Positions 12,479 through 23,517 of a DNA stretch of 64,000 nucleotides are shown here, piece after piece. The notes under the pieces are model-generated. The model did no database searches and was not told where the DNA came from. It saw only the letters and a program-made list of their open reading frames with translations. Every line of letters starts with the position of its first letter. Within the stretch, counting starts at the first letter, position 1. The position numbers and the translations under genes are program-made. Source of the DNA: Paecilomyces variotii (taxonomy: Eukaryota); the NCBI GenBank assembly GCA_004022145.1, contig RCNU01000004.1. The stretch is one strand, 5' to 3'.

Positions 12479-14160
12479 TTAACCCCAAACAGAAGCCTGA
12501 ACACCCAGAGAGTTCTTCGAGCCCCAAACGCCGCTGCTGTTACCCCATCCGAGACTGACGCCGCCAGAGGAAGCGTCCTTCGAGCCGGCGCTAGGGGCAA
12601 CGCTGGTGCTGGGGTTCGAAGCCGAAGACATGGAGCGTTCGTTACCGGCAGCAGTAGTAGTCGCAGCCTCGTTGGGGGCAAAGCCGTAACCAAGAGGAGA
12701 GGGCAGAGGGGTTGTGGACCGCTTGTTCAGCGCCGGATTCGCGGCCTGGCCAGCAACCGTCTGCTGTGGGCGGGATCCGATAGGACCCACGGAGCCAATG
12801 GGAGCCGCGGCGGACTTGGACATCTGCCTCGAGGATGGCGAGCTAGCACCACCAGGGGACGAGGTCGAGGTAACCGGTTGGTCAATCGCGCCGTCATACA
12901 TGCCGTAGGCAGGATTGACGCCAGAGCTCGGAGAGGAAGTACTGTTGGCACGAGAAGGTGACTGACGAGCTGCGATAGCGCCAGCAGCTCCCTGCGCAGC
13001 GCTGTCGATGCCACCACCCTGGAGGCCGAATGCATCGACTCCACGGGGAGACGGCCCACGGGCACCTGCGGCGGAAGTCGGGGTACTGCTGGTCTGATTG
13101 TCGGGACGAGACGCATCATCGCTGAGACCGCCGGGTGGGAAGAAGGCGGGACTGTCGGAGCCATACAGAGCACGGTGCTGGCGTGCAATGAGATCGCGGC
13201 GGCTTTCTTCGCTCATCGCAGCGGGACTCAGGGAACGGTCGGATTTGTTTCCAGACATCTCGGCAAGCAGGCCTTTGAGAAGAAGAACCATGTTAAATAA
13301 TGTACTTTACAAGGCAACAGATACACGAAACAAGGAGAACGCGCAGGGTAAAGATGATCAGAGGCAACGCTCGTTCACATACTTCGATTGTACTGCTGCT
13401 CCTGGTGGTAGTTGCGGAGCTCCCTCTCACGCTGTGCCGCCATTCGGCGCTTCGCCTGCATCATCTGTTCTGCCTCATTTGGACGACCTTGAAACCGCTG
13501 AGCGGCGTAGAAGCCTTGGACGTTGGAGGCTGGGTGCACACGCGCATCAAAATCACTCAGCGAGTGGTGGCGTTGAGGTACATTGCCCATCACTCGGGGA
13601 TCTTCGACATAATTTAGAATTGGTAACGGCTGTAGGGTCTGCGCAAGGTCATACCGTAGTCGGTGAAGTGACGTCCCATCATGAGTGGCATAGAATCTCT
13701 CCGGGGAGCGGAGAATAGCTTCCCACTCTTGACCAGATTGTCAATCGCCCGATCGACCTCTGTGGATCACACAAGCTATGTTAGCCAACTATCCCTCCAG
13801 CAAGTTCTTATTGCCTTCCAACCTCTCTCCGTACCCCCGACAGGTTGGACATATCGGCCAAGGAACATCGATTTCCGGAGCGAATCTAGACCATGCGGTG
13901 TACGAGGAGAGGACAGAGACAGGCGAGGATGACGAGTAGATATGCATACCATCAAACTGAGAGGAGAAAGCAGTCGACTCCTCGCGTTGGGAAACAGAGC
14001 TCGCGCCTAATACTGGTGTGTTAGTTTCGACCGCCTAGAAAAGCAGTATAGCTGCATCGGGCGAGGAAATCGTACCTGACCGGGAGGGAGGAACAGGCTG
14101 TTCCCACGACACCTGGCGCACAGGTGCCTGCCATCCTTGGGGCTCGTAGTACGAAGACAT
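12479..14160 (-). CDS. Uncharacterised low-complexity protein, 5 coding exons, with a C-terminal GWG/VWG/VWG tail
   Basis: ATG at 14160 (MSSYYEPQGWQAPVRQVSWEQPVPPSRSG). Four GT-AG introns link EVDRAIDNLVKSGK, DPRVMGNVPQRHHS, QAKRRMAAQRERELRNYHQEQQYNRS and the 270-aa terminal ORF in frame. Confidence 0.8.
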
Positions 14161-17100
14161 GTTTATCGATCAACCGATGACGAAGACAATATCTTGAACA
14201 CTCTGATGCGTTACTGTCGAGGATCGGAAGGACAGAATGGCGGAAGGCCAGTCCAGTTCGTTCGAAGGATCCGAGGACCTAGAAACACAACAAGGATTAA
14301 AAGGGAGTCTTAAGCGATGACAAGAAGGATATCAAGACGAAGGAACGCAAGCCAGCAAGAGAGAGGTCGAGGACGGATGTGAGGCGGAGTGGATGGCAAA
14401 AACGATGACATCGCACGGTACCGGTGGCATCGCACGATTTTTTTCTCTGCACACGCTCTTGTCCTGCTAGGCGATCTGCAGCCCCCAATGCAATCTTATT
14501 GGCGATGACAAATGATGCCTTACGGCTTCACTGTCGAGTAAGGAAGACAGGGCATGGCCGTCTTGAGACGGTTTGGTGAAGGGTAGGTTGTCACTTACAG
14601 TAAAAAGGAGCGTCCCGTCAAGAAAAAATTTCTGGGCTGTTCTACCACGAGTGAACGGGCAGAGCAGACGGACGACAAGGGCGACTTTTCCCTTCAGGCA
14701 GGACAACGTCCAGGGGGGAGGAGAGATAGAAGGGATAATTAGATGGGGAGGGTAAAGATGGGGGAAAGGGGAACAGAAGGGAAAAGAAGAGTCGACCTGG
14801 TGTTAGCGGAGAGAGGAGAGGGTGGTGGGCGTTGCTCTTAGTCGGCTGTGGTTGGCGATGGAGATTCGGAGTGGTATCGCTCGTCCCCCTCCGGCCCGTG
14901 GGCTTTTTTTTTTCTCTCTCTCGTCTGTCTGACTCTGCTTTTCCCTCTGCTGATGCTCCCACGCTGTGCAGCTAACGAGCAGTCTCTGCAATGAATCTGC
15001 TTCTTCGTCTCATTAAAAAAATAATAATAGGAAGAATAATAGATGTGTGTGTTGGTCGCGGTTTGCCCTCTACCCAGTTCTACCGCTATTTACTACATAC
15101 ACTAACTACTACTACCGAGTATAATTACTACACTTCACTCCTCGATTGCTCCCGTCAACCGTAGCTTCCCGGTAATTATTAGCCATCTCTAGTCTAATAA
15201 TGGGAATTACTTTCACAAACCAACCCTATCTATCTCGCACCAGCGCCCGCACAGTGGGGGGACGTGTACTCGAGAAGCTTGTCGGTGGAGGTTTGAGGAC
15301 TGCTCTTGTCCCGTGCTCATCAACCGGTAACCGGAGATTTGGGGGAGTGCTGGGCAACGGTTTAGCGCCGGTAGAACCGGCTGGTGCTCTGCTGTCTCTC
15401 TTCCTGTCCCACCACAAGGAGAGAACAGACTTACCAGCGCTCGTGCTCGAGACGATAACAATAATGGCACAAGTACGGAGTATACTTGTGTTTGATCCTC
15501 TATCCTTTTGAGCGGATCGGTCTGGAGGTAATCTTTCTGCTATCTAACTCAGGAGTCGATCAGAAATCGTTTCTGTTACGGCGTCAGGACTGGCCCCTTA
15601 ACAATCGTACATACAGCCAGCCCCCAGACCATGGATCAGGGAGATATCGATTCATTATTACAATTAATATTGATTATTATAAGAAGAAGCAATAGGAGAG
15701 CCTCCATTCCTTGTGGAGAACTCTTCCTCTGTTCGGCGTCTCCACCTCGTGGGCGTCGCTCTGGTCCATCTCAAAAGGGCTGTCCCGTGCGATTAGCGCC
15801 TCTATCCCGGCCACGTATTCTCACACTCCCTTCCGGGACTTCTTCCTGCCTTTTTGATCATCGCCAATCTTATCTGCGAGAATCTTCTTTTGCTCACGTC
15901 CCTTCTCTGGGACACACCAGTCTGCCTTACATTTTTCATACCATACAGGCAATTGATTCTCTTCACAGTCACAGCAGCATCGAAAATCCATCTGTGTAAC
16001 TTATATCAGCCCTCTCTGCTCAGGAGTCGGGTGGGGCGGCTTTGCAATACAGCAATATCTTCTGGACGAAACGCTAAAACGGTATCGCTCCGTACTAGCA
16101 CTGAGGGTCCCTGCGGAACATCCACAGTTCTTTCGCACAACGGCGCGCTTCAGACCAGGTATACGGTGTAGAGTACGGAGTAGTAATAATAATAATAATA
16201 CATGCTCCCTGCGAGATGGCAGCGATAGTCAAACCGAGAAGCGCGGATGCATTCATTGCCTAAATATCTGTTTGGGCGGATCTCTCCAGTAGTAGAGACA
16301 CTATTGGTGCTGTACATATATACTTGAGAGCAACAATTCGGAATTTTGCACGTTACAGGCGAACTTTTAGCCGAGAAAAGTTGCCAAGACTCGAGAACAC
16401 CGGAAGCACAGATGCTCGCAAGTTCCCCAATTCCTTCTTGCACCTTTGTAGCGAGACAACCAGCGTATTATCATTGTTCCCAGTCCCCAAGGTGTCGGAG
16501 TTGTCAGCCTTACGGGGATTGCAGCTGCAGAGCGACCTTCTCAGACAGTAGAGTACTGCGCCCTGATATTGGACGGGGAGCCATTAATATTATTATTCTT
16601 CAAGTCACTCTAAGATCTCTACCTAGAGTTCTGTTGCGGTTGACGGGCAATTGTAACTATCTACCACAAGTCAAAACGCTCTGGCCAATTACTTAGAACC
16701 ATAGCGGCTGTGGAATCGGCAGGATGAAATCCTCCTCGCTGTCTCTGTTTGTAACTAGCATTGGCTGTCTGGGTCCTTGTTGGGTATATACATACTACGA
16801 AATCATCCGGCCTTAACTTCTCGCTCTGACTGCACCTCTGGCATCTTACCATACTTCCACACTCTTCTGCCGGACTCCCGGAATTTTCGTTTATTATGAA
16901 TAAGTTACGACTGATCGTTGCTGCGGTCCATCCCTCCGATCTCCACGCTAAACCACTATCACTGGCCATCGAAACTCTAAAAGGTCTTCGATTATGTCGG
17001 AACTAAGCCTTGGTTGCAGGTGCGGGCATCAACTCAACCGTGAATGTCCAACCTCGTTCGTCCTTTTCGAACCCCCCTTTCCCCTCCTTTAGTCCGTTGG

Positions 17101-20009
17101 AATGCCCAAGGGAAGACCAATTGCTCATGGCGCGCATGTGCGCGCGCCTTCTCGCAAGGTTCATGCAAAGTCGTCACTTGCTTTTGTCCGTCTTCGCCCT
17201 GCTTCTGGAAAGATGATGGGTTGCAGAGCAGCGGGGTCATCACCAACTCGCAAAGTGATATAAGAGGCGAAGTGATTCCGGTCAGATGATCCACGTCTTT
17301 GGGGAATTGAATTTGTCAATGTGCAGAGAGGACCCCTAAAATAATCTTGCTAGCACGATGATCATCATCGAAACTAATTTCCCGATGCGGAAGACAGGGA
17401 AATATCAATCTCATCTAGTGATTGAGATGTAGAATAAAAATAACCAAGTAATAATGAAGGGAGGGAGATCGAAAATCTTCTGAGGCGTTCCGTCAAAGTG
17501 GCAGTAGATACTAGATAGTAGGTAGACCCTGATCTCATACTGTATTCGCGGAATTGCCCGCCAAAACCCCCGTGACGATAGGCGACGTCGATTCGAACTT
17601 TTATCAAATTATCTAAAAATGTTCTATCTTCGGTGGTATGCGAGCGCCCACCACACCAGAACCAACTCTTTATGTGACGGGAAAGAATGAGACCTGATGT
17701 CACGATGATTATTGCCGGACAGCACCAACAGGACCCCTTGGAGAGATCTATCTGCTCGATCTTATTATAATTCGGCTGGACCGCGTGTAATTCACACTAT
17801 TTTTAGCGACAGTGGACAAATTTTGCCTCTTTTCCCATACACATCATCCCCGCACTCGCGGCAATTATCAGTTGGGGGTGCGTTTACTTCTATCTAGGAC
17901 GTCATTTCCCGTGGGCAGATTGGTTGGTCCATCCTGATCTTTGGGACGTTCCTAGTCCTTGGTTTCCAAGTATTGATAGACTCAAAGATGATTAAAAAAC
18001 GTTATCTAGTTGTATCCGTAGGGGTTCGAGTAACTAGCAATCGCGCTCTCTGAGAGACATAGTAATATCGAGTACTACACGTCCTGACAGGCGCGTCGTG
18101 TTCACCTTACGTCTATTGGTGTTAATTCCCTACGACACCCGAGGAAACCAGTGCAAATACTTCGATTTCCCGATATATTGCCCCTTGGGAAACAAGATCC
18201 GTCTGTCAGGGACGTAGTATATAAGCGAAGGTGATCGGCAGGACACGCGTGTCTAGGCCTCATTGATTGTTCTAGAGTAGAGATAGTTTAGGAAGGGCTA
18301 AATGCTTATAAGAATCTTGAGGGAAACAACACACCAACTAGGCCAAACAGCTTATCTATATATATAGGATGCCCGTGGATACACGCTATTAAAGATTCCT
18401 CTAATTTCCCGGAAGGACAATGGCATCTGCAATCGCCTTGCATTCCAATTCTATTCTCGACGGGCAGTAAGGTGTGTGGGGCATTACAGAACCTGGGATG
18501 TGAGCAACAGGGAGACATTGCTGACACAGCGCACGGCTGTGAGGGTAGTTAAGTATTTAGTTGGTTAGTTACCACATAGTCAAGAAAGGCCCTCTGCTGT
18601 AGTCAGACTGTGAGATAGTTAACTTAGTGCAGTGATATAAGTCTCAGCTGAAGAGGAGGATGAGACGAGGGAGAAAGGCACAGGCACAAGGTGGGCCTCG
18701 ACCAGTAGTAAGCACGTGCAGGACAAACGGCCTTCAGCCGTTGCGGCAGATCCTCAGGAGGTCGCACCAGCGAGGCCCTTAGGATAGAGGGAGCTCTGAG
18801 TCGGTGCATTGTTACAGGCAGATGGATAGTGTAGACAATTATTATATGAATCAATCAACCCATCAGTCAATTAATCAATTAACTGCTGTCGGCCGTTCGA
18901 CACGGTATCAGCTAAAAAGAAAGAGACCGCAGGAAGTTTCGCGTCGGTCAGATAGAGAGCGAGCGGTTCGTTACCAGTAAAACCCGTAAAATACGGGGTG
19001 CATGAGGCGGGAACTGCTGTAACGGGCAATACGGGCAACTTACCGCCGTTGCCGTTGCTGGTTCTGTGCTGCGTAGAAGCCCTGAAGCCCTGACTCCTGC
19101 CCCATCCTAAACCAAATGGCAACTGAGGCTTTCTCCCCAGACTGAGAAACAGAACAGAGCGTTCAAACAACCTGGAAAATTTCCCCTTGTCCGACTCTCG
19201 TCGTGCGCCTTTTCCCTCTCGCGTCTCCGAATCGATCTCCAGTTCCTCTCTTCGCCCTCTTGCCGCAGGACTGGCTTCCATCCCGTTCGCTCTTTCGATT
19301 CCCTGACCGTGCCACCGCGACCTACCTTACCCCCCCCAAAAGAGCCTCGCTCCTCTGGCTCTCCAAGTGACTCCGGACGGTCATTCTCTGCATCGGGCCT
19401 TCCGACGTGCTCTCTCAAGAAGCGGACTGTTTCTACATACACCCAGGCTGGTCCCTACAAGGCGAATCTCGTTGGTCGTCTAAGGCTTCTTTGTGGCGTG
19501 CTCTTACGTCGGTTGGAGTCTTTCTCCCCTTAAAAGGTTCGGTTGGAGGATCGACAGGGAAACATCGAGACCCCGACTTTTCCGACTGTCCAAAAGAGCC
19601 ACAACTGGTCTTTTGCCGTTCAATCGCCGGTGCTCTTCCATCTGCTCATTTTCCCACGAGGATACTCTCTTTTTTCTCTTTTTTTGTCTGGGTCGAATCG
19701 TGCTGGGATCCGCGACATATGATCTGTGCATTACGATACGCTTGACGGTGCTTTCTGCTCTCTTTCTTGTCCAGGAATTTTTTTTCTCTTTTTTTTTTCG
19801 ACGCCGTTGGGCTGGTTGACCAGTTCGTCCTCTCAAATCGAATTCACTCGAGTCTGAATCTGGACTTTCGCGCCGTCTCTGTGAGAGGTCCGGTGATTGC
19901 GTCTCGGTACGAATTCTTGGGGGGTTGGACCCGATTATATTCACGCTCTTGGATCAGAACATAGCCCTCCCCGAGGGCCAACGTTGTCGGACAACGTTGG
20001 AGTCTCTGT

Positions 20010-23000
20010 ATGAGCTCATCCACCCATGGGAATCGCAATTCCTCTCATACTCGTGGTGAGGAATCACCGATAGCGTCGGAAAAGACTTCTACCATGGCGT
20101 GGACCTTGAAGGCAGATGCACCGTCCGATCAGACTGCGCGACCCCCCTTGGTGACGCATCAGTCGAACTCGCTCCCCTCAACTCCATATCAACATCCCCG
20201 TGACCTTTCCTTCCACTCGAGGACACCTTCGCCGCGTCGCAATAGCACGTCCCCGCGTTCTACACAGTCGGAATCAAATCACCAGCTGCCCTCATTCCGA
20301 AAACCCCTCGGCGGTTGTAAATATGAGACCGGCATGGCATTTTTCCGGAGACGGATGCCATATAGTTTGGGAGGGGATTTGCTGCCAGAGGAGAAGGAGG
20401 GTCTAAAAGAACGCCTGGATTCCGCTCAGGAAGAGAAGCTCACAGAGGATATGAAGGAAGTATACGATCGATTACTACCATCGGCGGAAAGTGACGATCG
20501 TCGACGGCAACTGGTTCGAAAACTGGAAAAGTTGCTGAACAACCAGTGGCCGGGTAGCAATATCAAAGTTCACGTCTTTGGGTCTTCTGGCAACAAGCTG
20601 TGCTCAAGCGAATCCGATGGTGAGTCCCGTGGCCTCCCTTGCAAAGATTTGACGTCGCTAACAGTATCTAGTGGATATTTGTATAACTACGACGTATAAG
20701 GAGCTCGAGCATGTGTGTCTGATCGCGGAGGTTCTCGCAAAGCGTAAGATCGGGAAATAATTGTATGCACAATGGGTGTCGAAACTAATACGTGCTTAAT
20801 GCAGACGGTATGGAGCGAGTTGTCTGTGTTTCCCACGCCAAGGTTCCGATTGTGAAAATCTGGGACCCGGAATTGCAGCTGGCTTGTGATATGAATGTCA
20901 ATAATACTTTGGCACTCGAGAACACCCGCATGATCAGAACCTACGTGGATATCGACGAGAGGGTTCGACCATTGGCCATGATCATAAAATATTGGACGAA
21001 ACGACGAATATTAAACGATGCGGGTGAGTCTCCGCACGACGATATTATAGCCTGCAAGGTGGGCTTTTTGGCTGACTTGGGAATGTAGCACTTGGTGGCA
21101 CTCTGAGTTCCTACACTTGGATTTGCCTAATCATAAACTTTCTACAGACGAGAGAACCCCCGATTCTGCCAAGTCTCCAGGCACGTCCGCACAAGCAGCG
21201 TGTGACCGCTGATGGCTTAGTCGCCTCTTTCGACGATGACCTTGATTCCCTCTCTGGCTTCGGGCGAGCAAATAAACAGAGTCTTGGTGGTTTGCTATTC
21301 GAATTTTTTCGATATTACGGTCACGAAATCGATTACGAGAAATATGTCATTTCAGTTCGCGAAGGGAAGTTGATCTCGAAAGAGGCAAAAGGCTGGCATC
21401 TTTTGCAAAACAACCGTCTATGCGTGGAGGAACCTTTCAACACTTCAAGAAATCTAGGAAACACGGCAGATGACTACTCTTTCCGAGGTCTCCACATGGA
21501 ACTGCGCAGGGCTTTCAAGGCAGTGTCAGAAGCCGATCTCGACCAATGTTGCGAACAGTACGAATTTCCGCCTGAGGAAGAGAGGAATTGGGAGAGGCCA
21601 GCGCCACAGCCTCGACCCATCATTACACCAATCCCTCCCCATGCTTCTTCTCGTGGTGGTCGAGGTGGTGGTCGCGGAGGCAGACATTCAAACCAGTATC
21701 CTCGTGGTGGTAACCCACCTCGTCGATCCTCGAGTGCTGCGAACCGACCTAGCAATCACTATCGGCACGCAAACGTTGGGGTGTCTGCATCCGATCTATC
21801 TCTGCAGGCGCAGCAAGCCCAATTTCTGCTCCACGACCATCTCTATCAGCAGATCCAGATACTACAGGCCCAAGAGCAGGAATTAAGGCTTCAACTCCAG
21901 AACCAGGCACTCATCAGCGGGCGGCCACCGCCAGTTCTTATTCGGCAGCCGTTCATCCAGTTCCCCTTTCAACAGGAGGGTACCGGTGATGAAAACTCTC
22001 GTACGAGATCTGGTACCGTCAATCACCCGCCCCTGACAGCCCCAATTCGCCAGCAGGTCTTCTATAATCCTGCCTATCTCCCGGTAGCAGTTCCCGCAGT
22101 GCAGGGCAGCAATACCAACCCCCCGTCTCCATCTGCTACTGCGGCCATTCCGGATCTGCGACGGAATCATCGGCGATCATCTGTCACAAACGGATCTCCA
22201 GGCGGGTCATTGCGAGCCCATTCTCAGCCTGCGCGATCAATGCACTCCCCGGTGGTGCAGAACATCCCTTCGCTGTATTCCCAATCACAGCCTGTTGATA
22301 GCCCGCAGACTTCAAAGCAGCATCATACCCCAGGGTCTCCCGGGGGTACTCAGGGTGAAACTGAGACTGCTTTCATGCCCAGCAGTCTTCCAACGATGTC
22401 ACGGTCGACGTATGGCGACGAAAGTCGGCCATCGGAGTACCCTGGCTACTATCTCAGCACCTCCCCTCTATTACAGACGTATCCTCCAAACACCATAGTC
22501 CCATCGTTCTCTGCCCCAGTTGGTCTAGCAACCCAGAATGGCGTTCCATCATATATCCGCAATCCGCAGGAATACCTGTCATCCGGTGGAGCCGCGTCTG
22601 ATCCGCTCAGCTCCTCGCCTGATGGCGGTTCCGTCCCTGGTTCGAAGTCGTCATCGTCGCAACGGCAGAGTGCACCGCGTCCTATCCCACCCCGTGATCG
22701 AGGCCCTTTGATTGTGGATGGATCGGTGCCCCCAAGCGATCACCGAAGTTCATACCAGATGGAGAACTTCGATCACTACTCGAGTATGAGCCATAGCTCT
22801 GACGAAAATAACTTTGATACCCCTGTGAGCACCTCGGACACATTATCTCAAGAGTTACAGGACCCTGCCTCCTTCGAGTTAGATCGCCAAAACTTTGTTG
22901 GTCGTCCCAATCCTGAACTTCATGACGCTTCTTCTACGAACGATAGCCATATCAGTCCCCACAATGGGAGACTTGGGTTTCTCTCTGGTCGCTTACAGAA

Positions 23001-23517
23001 GTTGCACGTCTCCGGCTCCGACCAGCTGGACGAGTCGCCAACGAAGCCAGGATGGGATAAGTCGAAAACCCGTTCTTCTCCAGCCAGGGAACAGATAAAC
23101 TCGGACACCCGTTTACCTGTTGGCGGAGACCGGACAACGTTGGAACTCTCCCCTGTGACGGAGTGCTGTACGCCATCACCGATCAAGCGTCGTCCCAACG
23201 GTGTTGATGTCGACAAGCCGAACGGTATCAGTCACAAGTCCAAATCAAAGGGCCGACAGGAGACCGCCAATGCTGCATCTCACTCAGCTGCGGACGTCAA
23301 GGAACGTCAGTCAGAATCGCTGCTGCGGAAACCGAATGGTGTTACACCGGTAACTAGTGGGCACGATTCGCACGCCCCAAGCACACCAAATGGTGGTTGG
23401 CAGACAACGAAAAAGAAGCACAAAAGGAATGCGAGATCATCCGCTGAACCGCGCCACGCCTATTTGAATGGCGCGGAGCCTCTTCCAGTGGATGAGTCTA
23501 TGCGAAAAGGCGGCTAA
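20010..23517 (+). CDS. cutA: Cid1/Cid13-family terminal nucleotidyltransferase (PAP/25A-associated domain), CutA-like
   Basis: Catalytic FGSSGNKLCSSESDVDI (DxD split by intron 20620-20671), AKVPIVKI, third Asp in ACDMNVNN, GGTLSSY, and nucleotide-recognition motif VEEPFNTSRNLG, followed by a long disordered C-terminus. Family call is solid; the cutA orthology is inferred. Confidence 0.85.

Noticed and set aside
15200..19950. Many 60-150 aa ORFs in the long intergenic/UTR region
   Set aside because: No domains, overlapping on both strands, and low-complexity UTR-like composition.
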